A stretch of DNA of 39,184 bases. It comes from Nannocystis pusilla (GTDB lineage Bacteria > Myxococcota_A > Polyangia > Nannocystales > Nannocystaceae). Shown piece by piece: positions 21,841 to 30,732 of the stretch. Position 1 is the first letter of the stretch. Each line of letters starts with the position of its first letter. A program made the translations under genes and the position numbers. The stretch is taken from NCBI RefSeq assembly GCF_049337375.1, contig NZ_JBMPIV010000015.1; one strand, written 5' to 3'. Under the pieces are notes generated by a model. That model searched no databases and had not been told where the DNA came from. It was given only the letters and a program-made list of their open reading frames with translations.

Positions 21841-22887
21841 ATGGGCCTGCTTCATCGTCTGTATGCTCGCGCCGCGCCCGAGGTCTGGGAGACCGAGACG
21901 CGGCTGCTGCACGCCCTCCGGCTGGTGCGCCGGCCGGTCGCGGTGCAGTGGGTCGCCACTGCGATGTGCGACCTCCGCTGTCCGCATTGCTACTCGGGCG
22001 CGGGCAAGCGGGCCGAGGGCGAGCTGACGACGCAGGAGGCGATCCGCCTGGTGGTCGACGAGCTGGTGGCGCTCGGTCGGCCGACGTTCGTGATCGCGGG
22101 CGGGGAGCTGCTGCTGCGCCGCGACATCGCCGAGATCGTGGCGCACGCGCGGGCGCAGGGGCTCGAGTGGGCGATGCACACGCACGGCGGACATGTCCCC
22201 AAGTTCAGGTCGCTGTTCGAGCGTCACCCGCCGACGCTGGCGGCGATCAGCCTCGACGGCGAGGCCCGGCAGCACGACCTGTTCCGCGGGCGTCAGGGCA
22301 GTCACGCGGCGGCGCTGGCTGCCATCCGCACGCTCAAGGAGTGCGGCTGTCCGGAGGTCGTGGCGGGCACGACGGTGACGCGCGAGAACGCCGACCGCCT
22401 GGCCGACCTGTTCCCGATCGTGGCGGCCTCGGGGGCCGACTCGTGGGGGCTGCACCTGTTCGCCCCCGAAGGCCGCGGGGCCGAGCACACCGCGCTGTGC
22501 CCGACGCCGGAGCAGCTGCGCCGCGTGGCCGCGTTCGCCCGCCGCAAGCGCGGGCTGTTCCACGTCGAGCTGTGCAACGAGTGGGGCAGCGCGGGCGCCG
22601 ACGATCGCTTCTACCGCGACCAGCCGTTCCTGTGCGGGGCCGGCCGGATCTCCTGCGTCGTCGGGGCCACCGGCGAGGTGCTGCCGTGCACCACCACCGA
22701 CCTGCGCGAGTCGGAGGGCAACGTGCGCGATCGGCCGCTGCGCGACATCTGGACCCGCGGCTTCACGCGCTTCCGCAGCGCCGGCCACCGCGAGTGCTCG
22801 GACGGCCACGAGTGCTGGCTGCAGGCCCGCAACGGCAACCCGTGCCGCGAGCAGGCGTTCGGCGCCTGCCGCAAGGAGGCGGTGTGA
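21841..22887 (+). CDS. Radical SAM enzyme with a C-terminal Cys-rich SPASM/twitch-like domain
   Basis: CDLRCPHC (Cx3Cx2C) at residues about 43-50. Eight Cys in the last about 100 aa (CGAGRISC...C...CSDGHEC...C...C). No obvious N-terminal RRE-sized extension. Confidence 0.8.
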   Translation: MGLLHRLYARAAPEVWETETRLLHALRLVRRPVAVQWVATAMCDLRCPHCYSGAGKRAEGELTTQEAIRLVVDELVALGRPTFVIAGGELLLRRDIAEIVAHARAQGLEWAMHTHGGHVPKFRSLFERHPPTLAAISLDGEARQHDLFRGRQGSHAAALAAIRTLKECGCPEVVAGTTVTRENADRLADLFPIVAASGADSWGLHLFAPEGRGAEHTALCPTPEQLRRVAAFARRKRGLFHVELCNEWGSAGADDRFYRDQPFLCGAGRISCVVGATGEVLPCTTTDLRESEGNVRDRPLRDIWTRGFTRFRSAGHRECSDGHECWLQARNGNPCREQAFGACRKEAV

Positions 22888-23159
22888 GGCGCTGGTGGCT
22901 CGATCTGGGGTCGTTCGCGGTGGCGCTCGCGCTGGCCGCGGCGGTGGTGCTCCGCTGGCGCCGCGGCCAGGTGGCGCTGCTGTCGAGCGCGGCGGCGCCG
23001 GCGATCCGCCTGCTCGCGCTGCTGATCGTGTTCGTGCAGGGCTGCGCCGACCGGCTGCGCGGGCGCGAGGAGCCGGACGGGCAGGGGGCAGTGCCCGGCG
23101 CAGGGCCGGGCTCTAAGGACATGTCGAATGGGGCAGGTCCTTCACAGCAGGGTGAATAG
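22884..23159 (+). CDS. Small two-TM membrane protein, translationally coupled to the radical SAM gene
   Basis: The GTG start overlaps the upstream stop (GTGA). Hydrophobic helices LGSFAVALALAAAVVL and IRLLALLIVFV. The 3' end runs into palindromic array E. Confidence 0.35.
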   Translation: MRRWWLDLGSFAVALALAAAVVLRWRRGQVALLSSAAAPAIRLLALLIVFVQGCADRLRGREEPDGQGAVPGAGPGSKDMSNGAGPSQQGE

Positions 23160-23172
23160 GACATGTCCCAGG
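23115..23172. repeat. Palindromic array E: three 14-bp units ending in GGACATGTCC, which contains the start codon of the next CDS
   Basis: catg-N10-cagg-N10-cagg-N10-catg. The ATG at 23163 is the centre of GGACATGTCC. Confidence 0.6.
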
Positions 23173-24206
23173 AGACAAGTGCTGCGGAGAGCGCCCAGCC
23201 GGCGCTCGGGCCCGACGTGTTCCCGCTGGCCGACGAGGCGGCGCTGGGCCGGTGGGCGCGGCTCGTCGCCGACGACGGGCTCGACGTCGGGCCGGGCAAG
23301 CGATTGGCGCTGGCGCTGGTGCCCGTGCCGGAGGCGACGCCGGCCTCCGACCCGCGGTGGCTGCAGGTCGCGTCCGCCCTCGAGGCGCTGTCCGACGCGG
23401 TCGGCGGCGCCGAGGGCGAGGCGTTTCGCAGCCGCTGGCGGGCCCACGTCGAGGCGCGCAAGGCAGGCGGCGGCGAGACGATCGCCGGGCTGCAGGCGCT
23501 GCTGAGCAGCATGGAGGCGCTGCCGCTCTTCCACGCGGGGCTGGCCGGCTACGTGTGGCGCCGGGCGGCGCCGCTGCCGGGGAGCGCGTCCGTGCGGGCG
23601 GAGCTGCTCGGGCGGATCGAGCGGCACCTGCGGGCCTGCGAGGCGCTGCTGAAGGGCCAGTTCGAGACGGGGCCGATCGAGTTCACGGCGTGGCGCAGCA
23701 AGGCGGCGCCGCCGGTCGGCTACTCGGGGTTGAAGGTGCCGAAGGGCCTGCTGGCGGCGGCGAAGGGGCACTACCCGCAGATCGACGCGGGCACGTGGAC
23801 GACCGAGGCGACGCTGACTCTGACGGCGATCGACGCGGGCGTGACGCTGCTGCGCGCGGGCCGGGCGACGGCGCTGGGGGCGGGGCAACGGTTCACTCTG
23901 GGGCGGCTGGACGTGCTGACGAGCGAACGGCCGGCGAAGCTGCGCCACGATGAAGTGGGGGACATGTCCCTCGGTGCAGGCGCGGTCGTGACCGCGTGGG
24001 ACGTCGGCCCGCGCTTCGCGGGGCCCGGGCGCGAGCGGGTGCAGGCGAAGGTGGCAGCGGCCCAGGGCGGCGACGCGAAGGCGCTCGAGCAGCTGCAGTC
24101 GATCCTGCCGGCGGCGCACCTCGAGATCCGCCGCGCGCTGGCCGACAAGCCGCAGGCGCCCGGCTCGCCGGGGCTGCGGACGCTGCTCGAGCTGTTCGAC
24201 CAGTAG
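23163..24206 (+). CDS. Hypothetical protein
   Basis: 347-aa ORF with balanced composition and no recognisable motif. Confidence 0.5.
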   Translation: MSQETSAAESAQPALGPDVFPLADEAALGRWARLVADDGLDVGPGKRLALALVPVPEATPASDPRWLQVASALEALSDAVGGAEGEAFRSRWRAHVEARKAGGGETIAGLQALLSSMEALPLFHAGLAGYVWRRAAPLPGSASVRAELLGRIERHLRACEALLKGQFETGPIEFTAWRSKAAPPVGYSGLKVPKGLLAAAKGHYPQIDAGTWTTEATLTLTAIDAGVTLLRAGRATALGAGQRFTLGRLDVLTSERPAKLRHDEVGDMSLGAGAVVTAWDVGPRFAGPGRERVQAKVAAAQGGDAKALEQLQSILPAAHLEIRRALADKPQAPGSPGLRTLLELFDQ

Positions 24207-24214
24207 CCGGCAGA

Positions 24215-24285
24215 GCCGGCCTTTGCGGCATGTCACCGAAGACATGCTGCAGGGGACATGTCGCAAGCGACATGTCCCGAAATCA
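24215..24285. repeat. Palindromic array F: four CATGs at an exact 14-bp register, including the near-perfect 24-bp palindrome GGACATGTCGCAAGCGACATGTCC
   Basis: catg-tcaccgaaga-catg-ctgcagggga-catg-tcgcaagcga-catg. The array lies between convergent gene ends. Confidence 0.65.
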
Positions 24286-24293
24286 ACCAATGC

Positions 24294-25490
24294 TCAGCCG
24301 GCGTCGACGACCACGCGGATCTCGGCGGCGGCCGCCTCGGCGCGGGCGCGGCACTCGGCGACGTCGTCGCCGTAGGCCAGGACGACGCCCATGCGCCGGT
24401 ACTTGCGGGTGTCGGGCTTGCTGAACAGGCGGACCTTGGTGCGCGGGTCGGCGAGCGCCTTGCCGACGCCGGTAAAGCGCGGGTTGGTGCCCGGGCGATC
24501 GGCCAGGACCACGGCGGAGGCCCCGGGCGCGCGGAGGATGACCTGGCCGATCGGGAGGCCGAGGATCGCGCGCACGTGCAGCTCGAACTCGCTCTGGTCC
24601 TGCGTGATCATGGTGACCATGCCGGTGTCGTGCGGGCGCGGGCTGACCTCGCTGAAGATGACGTCGTCGCCGACGACGAACAGCTCGACGCCGAACAGGC
24701 CAGCGCCGCCGAGCGCCTCGGTGACCGCGGCGGCGATCTCCTGCGCGCGCGCGAGGGCCTGCGGCGCCATCGCGTGCGGCTGCCACGACTCCATGTAGTC
24801 GCCGCGCTCCTGCCGGTGGCCGATCGGCGGGCAGAACAGGGTGCCCTCGTGGCGCGTGCGGATCGTGAGCAGCGTGATCTCGTAGTCGAACGGGACGAAG
24901 CCCTCGACGATGACGCGGGCCGAGCGACCGCGGGCGCCCGACAGCGCGTACTCCCAGGCGGCGGCGACGTCGGCGGCGGTGCGCACGGTGCTCTGACCCT
25001 TGCCCGAGCTCGACATGACGGGCTTTATCACGCACGGCAGGCCGAGGCGCTGGACCGCGGCCTCGACCTCCTCGCGCGTGTCGGCGAAGGCGTAGGGGCT
25101 GGTCGGCAGGCCGAGCTGCTCGGCGGCGAGGCGGCGGATGCCCTCGCGGTCCATGGTGAGCCGGGCGGCCCGCGCGGTCGGGATGACGGCCCAGCCCTCG
25201 CTCTCGAGCTCGACCAGCGCGTCGGTGGCGATGGCCTCGATCTCGGGGACGATGTAGTGGGGCTTCTCGCGGGCGACGACGGCCCGCACCGCGTCGCGGT
25301 CCTGCATGTCGAAGACGTGGCTGCGGTGGGCGACCTGCATGGCCGGGGCGTTGGCGTAGCGATCGCACGCGATGACCTCGACGCCGAGGCGCATGGCTTC
25401 GATCGCAACCTCGCGGCCGAGTTCGCCCGAGCCGAGCAGGAGCAGCCGTGTGGACGAGGGAGACAGAGGTGTGCCGAGCGTGAGATCCAT
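24294..25490 (-). CDS. purT: Formate-dependent phosphoribosylglycinamide formyltransferase (GAR transformylase 2)
   Basis: ATP-grasp enzyme. [18 protein letters not shown]-terminus, a conserved internal block, about 398 aa from the internal ATG at 25490. The N-terminal 33 aa of the ORF-track frame are Arg-rich and were rejected. Confidence 0.85.
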   Translation of the reverse strand: MDLTLGTPLSPSSTRLLLLGSGELGREVAIEAMRLGVEVIACDRYANAPAMQVAHRSHVFDMQDRDAVRAVVAREKPHYIVPEIEAIATDALVELESEGWAVIPTARAARLTMDREGIRRLAAEQLGLPTSPYAFADTREEVEAAVQRLGLPCVIKPVMSSSGKGQSTVRTAADVAAAWEYALSGARGRSARVIVEGFVPFDYEITLLTIRTRHEGTLFCPPIGHRQERGDYMESWQPHAMAPQALARAQEIAAAVTEALGGAGLFGVELFVVGDDVIFSEVSPRPHDTGMVTMITQDQSEFELHVRAILGLPIGQVILRAPGASAVVLADRPGTNPRFTGVGKALADPRTKVRLFSKPDTRKYRRMGVVLAYGDDVAECRARAEAAAAEIRVVVDAG

Positions 25491-25595
25491 GGCGAGCGCG
25501 CGCAGGATAGTGGCGCACTGTCGCGCGCGGCAAGGCGGGCGCCGCGGGCGCGAGGTCACACGCGTCGGCCAGGCCCTCGCGCGGGGCAAAGCGAG

Positions 25596-25700
25596 GCTCT
25601 GCGGGGCTCACGCCGGTCGGGCTGCGGAGCTCACGCCGGTCGGTCTGCGGGGCTCACGCCGGTCGGTCTGCGGAGCTCACGCCGGTCGGACTGCGGCCGG
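25596..25700. repeat. Tandem array of about 4.5 copies of the 23-bp unit GCTCACGCCGGTCGGNCTGCGGR upstream of purT
   Basis: Unit starts at about 25606, 25629, 25652 and 25675. Confidence 0.7.
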
Positions 25701-25825
25701 CGGACCGGCCGGTGCGAGCGAGCCGAGCTGCGGGGTTCATCGTCGGCGAGCGCCGCGGTGACGCGAGGTCGCGGATTCGGAGGATCCGGTGAGGGAGGCC
25801 GTCGCGCAGTCGATGCAGCGGCGCG

Positions 25826-28800
25826 TCAGGTGGGCGCGCTGCCGTTGTACATCGCGCTCCACTGGGCGGGGCGGAGGATGGCCCGCGAGGCGAGGTACTG
25901 GTCGGCCTGGGCGATCAAGGTGGCGCCGCCGGGGCCCAGCAGCTCGCCGCGGCGGCGCCGGGCGCAGGCGGCGTGGACCGGCATGTCGGCGGTGTCGAAG
26001 CTGGCGGCGGCGGCCTCGAGGCGGACGAGCGCCTGCTGGATGTCGCCGTTCTGCGCGGCGATGCCGGCCCGGATCAGCGCGGCCATGGCGACGGAGTCGT
26101 GGCGCAGCGCGCGGTCCTCCTCGAGCTGGGCGGCGTCGCGTTCGGCGGCGGCGAGGAGGACGCCGGCGTTGTGCGGCTGCTCGCGGGCGGCCGCGACGGC
26201 GGCGAGGCCCCGCGCGTGGAGGAAGAGGATCCGCTGGCCCTGCCAGCCGAAGATGTACGAGTTCTCGACGGCGACCCAGTTCTCGGCCAGACGCTGCCAG
26301 GCGGAGCCACCTTGCCCTTGGTACAGGTCGCAAGAGGTCTCGAGGAGCAGCGCGAGCATGTGCTGGAAGTGGAAGCCGTCCTTCGACCAGCGGCGCATCG
26401 CCCCGCGCACGCGGTCGCGCGCGCTGGTGATGTCGTCGGCGCCGAGCAGCGCGTAGGCGCTGTAGAGCGCCGACCAGACCTCGCCGCATAGATCGCCGGC
26501 GTCCTCCGACTCGCGCAGCCAGGCGTGGGCGCGGTGGCCGAGCTCGGCCAGCTCGCCGAGCATGAACAGGCCGCGCATCGTGCTCATGCGGGCGAGGTCG
26601 AGCTCCCAGCCGACGCCGACGCAGCGGTCGAGCAGGATCTGGGCGCCCTGCTCGCAGTGCTCGAGCGCGCGGCGCCAGCGGCCGAGCGAGACGGCGGCGA
26701 TGGCGTCGACGATCTCGCACAGGCCGATGAGGCGCGGCTCCGAGAGCTGTTCGGCGAGGCGGCGCGCCTCCTTGAGCAGGGTGGTGCCGCGGCCGACGGC
26801 GTTGGCGGTGCCGCGGCTCATGATCATGGCGCCGACGCCGGCGAGGGCGCGGGCGATCCGCTGCGGCTCACCTGTCTGAAGGGCCAGGAGGAGACCGCGC
26901 TGGTAGAAGCTGTAGCCGCGGATCGGATCGACGAAGGCGAGGCCGACGGCGGCCGACAGGCACACGTCGAGGCGCAGCAGGTCGGCCGGCGGGACCTGCT
27001 CCTCGCGCACCGCGGCGAAGCCGAGGCCGCGCAGGCTGAGCTGCGTCGAGCGAGTGATGATCGACATGTTGGCGCGGCCGGGTGTGGCCGGGTAGCCGAG
27101 GTCGACCTCGACCAGCGCGGGGCGCAGCATCTGCACGCCCTGGTCGATGTTGCCGCTGACGAGGAACTGCTCGCCGGCGCGGCGGCGCAGCTCGAGTGAT
27201 TCGGCCGGCGAGGCGCCCTCGGCGGCGCTGGCGTAGACGGGGGCCGCTTCGGCGCTGCGACCGGCCAGCGCGAGCGCGTCGGCGCGGCGACGCAGGAGGG
27301 CGCGCCGCTCGTCGTCCGGGAGGTCGGACGCCCACGCGAGGGCGCGACCGTACAGCTGGGCGGCGCGGTAGAAGGCGAGTGAAGCGGCGGCCCGCTCGGC
27401 GGCGGCGACGGCGGCACCGTGCGCCTCCTTCAAGGCGCCGGCGGCGTGGAGGTGGTGCGCCAGCAGCTCGGGGTCGTCGGCCGACTGCGCGAGGGCGTCG
27501 GCGAGGGTGCGGTGCAGCTGCGCCAGGCGGTCGCCGCCGAGCTGCGCCAGCACGGTGTCGCGGATCCGGTCGTGGTAGCACTCGACGGTGTCGCCGCTGC
27601 GCGAGGCCAGCGTGCGCAGCAGGTGCTGCGCCTGCAGCTCGCCGAGGACCGCGCGATCGGTGACGCCCGAGGCCGTGAACGCGAGGCTCGGCGGGATCGG
27701 CCGCCCGGCGACGGCGACGATCTCGAGCAGGCTGCGACCGGCGGCGCGCAGGCCGGCGAGGCGGGTGCGCACGACCGCGTCGAGCGAGACCTCGGCCGGC
27801 GCGGCGCCGCGGTGACCGGCGATGTGACGCGCGAGCTCCTCGACGAACAGCGGGTTGCCGCCCGACTCGGCGGCGATCCGGCGCGCCTCGGCGCGCGCGC
27901 TGTCGCTGTCGCGGCCGAGCCGGGCGAGCGCGAGCTCCTCGGCCTGATCGGGCGAGAGCGGCTCGACCAGCAGGTCGCGCACCAGCGCCTTGAGCTCGGG
28001 CCGCGCGCCGAGCCGCCGCAGCTCGCGGAGCATCGGCGCGTCGTCCTCGTCGATGCGGTACGAGCCGATGAAGAGCATCGCCGGCGGATCGGGCGGCGAC
28101 AGCAGCTCGACCAGCAGGCGCGCGCTGTCCTCGTCGCCCCACTGCAGGTCGGCGATCCGCAGCACCAGCGGGCGGCGATCGGCGATCCTCGCCAGCAGCT
28201 CCTTGAGCCCGCGGAAGGCCCGACGCCGCGCCTCTTGCGGGTCGGGGGCGACGAAGTTGCGCTGCGGCAGATCGGCGACCACGGGGGCGCGCGCGAGGAC
28301 GGGGAACAGCCGCGTGAGCTCGTGGATCTCGCGCGGCAGCAGGGCCGCAGCCTCCTCCTGCGGGAGGTGGCGGAGGTGCTGCGCGAGCGCGTCGAGGACG
28401 CTGTCGAAGGCCTTGTACGGCACGCTCTCGCGCTCGTAGCAGCGGCCCTGGAGGACGAAGGCGCGGTCGTTGCGGCGCAGCTCGGCGATGAAGCGATCGA
28501 TGAGCGCGGTCTTGCCGATGCCGGAGCGGCCGCGGACGTACACGCATACCGGCGAGCCGGCGAGCGCGAGCTGGAAGGCGTCGCGCATGGCCGACAGCAG
28601 GTCGTCGCGGCCGACGAAGCGCGCGCCCGACTCGGTGGGCCCGAGCGGGGCCTCGCCGAGGGCCTCGCGGATGTCGGCGCCGCCGAGGCGCGCGGCCGGG
28701 TCGCGCTGCAGCAGGCCCATGCACAGCGCCGCCAGCTCCGGATCGACGTCGGGCACGAGCGCCTGCGGCGGCGCCGGATCTTCGTGCTGCTTGGCGTGGA

Positions 28801-29512
28801 GGATCGCGAGCGGCGGACCGGTGAACGGCAGGCGGCCGGTCAGCGCCTCGTAGAGCATGACGCCGATCGCGTACCAGTCGCTCGCGGGCGAGGCCGGGTT
28901 GCCGGCGGCCTGCTCCGGCGCCATCGTCGCCGGCGTGCCGAGCAGGCCGTCCTCGCCGCCCTCGGCGACGTCGTCGGCGGCGAGGCCGAAGTCGAGGATG
29001 ACGACGCGGCCGTCGGCGGTGACCAGCACGTTCGACGACTTGAGGTCGCGGTGCAGCTTGCCGGCGGCGTGCAGGGCGCTGACGCCGGCGGCCAGCTGCA
29101 GCAGGGCGGGGCGCAGGCGCTCCGGCGGCGGCGCTGCGCCTGGCCTTTCGGACATGCCCTGACGGACATGGTCGACGAAGCTGACGCCGTCGACGAACTC
29201 CATGGTGATGAACCACTCGTCGTCGTGCGAGACGAGCTGGTGGAGGCTGACGAGGTTCGGGTGCGACAGGCCGGCGGCGCTGCGGAACTCGTTCTTGAGG
29301 CGGAACAGCGCGCCCGGGTCGAGCTGGTGCAGGGTCTTGAGCGCGATGGTGCGGCCGCTGTCGCGGTCGACGGCCGCGTACACGACGCCCATGCTGCCGG
29401 AGCCGACCCGACGCACCAGCTCGTAGCGGCCGAGCGGACGCGGAAGGATGTCCTCAGGGACAGGTGGCGTCACCGGCAGCGAGGCGCGGGCCTGGGGCTC
29501 GTCGGGATTCAA
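25826..29512 (-). CDS. Ser/Thr protein kinase fused to an AAA/STAND NTPase and a C-terminal TPR/helical sensor region
   Basis: Hanks kinase motifs (GSGSMGVVYAA, HRDLKSSNVL, DFG, APE). Walker A GRSGIGKT. Long helical C-terminus. TTG start. 1228 aa. Confidence 0.8.
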   Translation of the reverse strand: MNPDEPQARASLPVTPPVPEDILPRPLGRYELVRRVGSGSMGVVYAAVDRDSGRTIALKTLHQLDPGALFRLKNEFRSAAGLSHPNLVSLHQLVSHDDEWFITMEFVDGVSFVDHVRQGMSERPGAAPPPERLRPALLQLAAGVSALHAAGKLHRDLKSSNVLVTADGRVVILDFGLAADDVAEGGEDGLLGTPATMAPEQAAGNPASPASDWYAIGVMLYEALTGRLPFTGPPLAILHAKQHEDPAPPQALVPDVDPELAALCMGLLQRDPAARLGGADIREALGEAPLGPTESGARFVGRDDLLSAMRDAFQLALAGSPVCVYVRGRSGIGKTALIDRFIAELRRNDRAFVLQGRCYERESVPYKAFDSVLDALAQHLRHLPQEEAAALLPREIHELTRLFPVLARAPVVADLPQRNFVAPDPQEARRRAFRGLKELLARIADRRPLVLRIADLQWGDEDSARLLVELLSPPDPPAMLFIGSYRIDEDDAPMLRELRRLGARPELKALVRDLLVEPLSPDQAEELALARLGRDSDSARAEARRIAAESGGNPLFVEELARHIAGHRGAAPAEVSLDAVVRTRLAGLRAAGRSLLEIVAVAGRPIPPSLAFTASGVTDRAVLGELQAQHLLRTLASRSGDTVECYHDRIRDTVLAQLGGDRLAQLHRTLADALAQSADDPELLAHHLHAAGALKEAHGAAVAAAERAAASLAFYRAAQLYGRALAWASDLPDDERRALLRRRADALALAGRSAEAAPVYASAAEGASPAESLELRRRAGEQFLVSGNIDQGVQMLRPALVEVDLGYPATPGRANMSIITRSTQLSLRGLGFAAVREEQVPPADLLRLDVCLSAAVGLAFVDPIRGYSFYQRGLLLALQTGEPQRIARALAGVGAMIMSRGTANAVGRGTTLLKEARRLAEQLSEPRLIGLCEIVDAIAAVSLGRWRRALEHCEQGAQILLDRCVGVGWELDLARMSTMRGLFMLGELAELGHRAHAWLRESEDAGDLCGEVWSALYSAYALLGADDITSARDRVRGAMRRWSKDGFHFQHMLALLLETSCDLYQGQGGSAWQRLAENWVAVENSYIFGWQGQRILFLHARGLAAVAAAREQPHNAGVLLAAAERDAAQLEEDRALRHDSVAMAALIRAGIAAQNGDIQQALVRLEAAAASFDTADMPVHAACARRRRGELLGPGGATLIAQADQYLASRAILRPAQWSAMYNGSAPT

Positions 29513-29525
29513 GGCGGAGCGTGGA

Positions 29526-30680
29526 TTATGCCACGCGCCCGGGGCCCGGGTCGCCGTCCGCGGGCAACGCCCCGGGCGGGACGCCGAGGCCGGGGCCGCA
29601 AAGCCGCGGCAGGTCGGGCGCGAGCCGCTCTTGGCTCCCCGGCGGCATCGGGTCGGCCCGCGTGAGCATGTGGGCGTCGAGGTCGGCCTCGTCGGCGAGG
29701 CGGGCCAGGGCGGCGCCGGCGGCGAGCCCGACGCGGGTCTCGATCATGCAGCCGACGAGCACCCGCAGGCCGCTGTCCCGGGCCGCGGCGATCGTCGCCA
29801 GGGCCGGCGAGATCCCGCCGCACTTCATCAGCTTGACGTTGATCCCCGCGACCCGGCCCCGCAGCGCCGCCACGTCGTCCGGGCCCTGCACGTCCTCGTC
29901 GGCGTAGATCGGCAACGGGCAGTCGCGCGCGAGCGCCGCGAGGAGGTCGGGCCGACCCGCAGGCAGCGGCTGCTCGAGCTGCTCGACCCCGAGATCGACC
30001 AGCAGCGGGAGCAGGGCGCGCACGTCGTCCGGGGTCCAGCCGCCGTTGGCGTCGACCCGCAGGCGGGCGCGCGGCGCGGCGGCGGCGACCGCACTCAGGG
30101 CGGCGCGGTCGAATTCGCGGCCCTTTCCGAGCTTGATCTTGAGCACCGGGAGGTGCGCGGCCGCGGCCGCGCGGGCCGCCATCGCCGGGAGCTCGTCGAG
30201 CGCGATCGTGTAGGAGGTGACGGTCGCCCCCGAGGTGGCCGAAAGGACATGGCGATCGAGACCTGCCCGATCGAGCACGTCGGGATCGGCCAGCAGCTCG
30301 GCCAGCGGGCGGCCGCAGGCGCGGGCGGCGGCGTCCCACAGGGCGGTGTCGACGGCGCAGCGAGCCGCGGAGTGGTCGGGGGCGAGCTCGCGCATGCGCG
30401 GGCCGGCGGCCGCGATCGCGCGCGGGTCGGCGAGGATCTCGGGGGAGAGCTCGGCCGCGATCGCGACCGCCAGCGGCGCGGCAGCGACCGCCGACTGACC
30501 GAGGTAGCGCACGGGCGAGGCCTCACCGAGGCCGCGGCGATCGGGGCCGTCCGCTCCTGCGCCGTCCGGGTCGCCCGGGTCGATGCGCACGAGCAAGCTC
30601 GGCAGTTCGCTCACGGTGCCGCGCGACAGGCCGAACGGGTGGCGCAGGCGGAGCGTGACGAGGGCGGTGCGCAGGTCCAT
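29526..30680 (-). CDS. Enolase-superfamily enzyme (MR/MLE subgroup; dipeptide epimerase / o-succinylbenzoate-synthase-like)
   Basis: KIKLGKG, DANGGWT, EQLEQP, ADE and KLMKCGG catalytic blocks. Internal ATG at 30680. Confidence 0.75.
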   Translation of the reverse strand: MDLRTALVTLRLRHPFGLSRGTVSELPSLLVRIDPGDPDGAGADGPDRRGLGEASPVRYLGQSAVAAAPLAVAIAAELSPEILADPRAIAAAGPRMRELAPDHSAARCAVDTALWDAAARACGRPLAELLADPDVLDRAGLDRHVLSATSGATVTSYTIALDELPAMAARAAAAAHLPVLKIKLGKGREFDRAALSAVAAAAPRARLRVDANGGWTPDDVRALLPLLVDLGVEQLEQPLPAGRPDLLAALARDCPLPIYADEDVQGPDDVAALRGRVAGINVKLMKCGGISPALATIAAARDSGLRVLVGCMIETRVGLAAGAALARLADEADLDAHMLTRADPMPPGSQERLAPDLPRLCGPGLGVPPGALPADGDPGPGRVA

Positions 30681-30732
30681 GCCGGCCGCCCCGGTGTACC
30701 ACCGCCGAGGCGCCATTGTATCGTGGCCCCGC

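Noticed and set aside
20531-22027. ORF 20531..22027 and 21948..23159 on the plus strand in alternative frames over the MFS and radical SAM genes
   Set aside because: They are frame shadows with Arg/Gly-rich products. The MFS and radical SAM frames carry the TM-segment pattern and Cx3Cx2C motif respectively.
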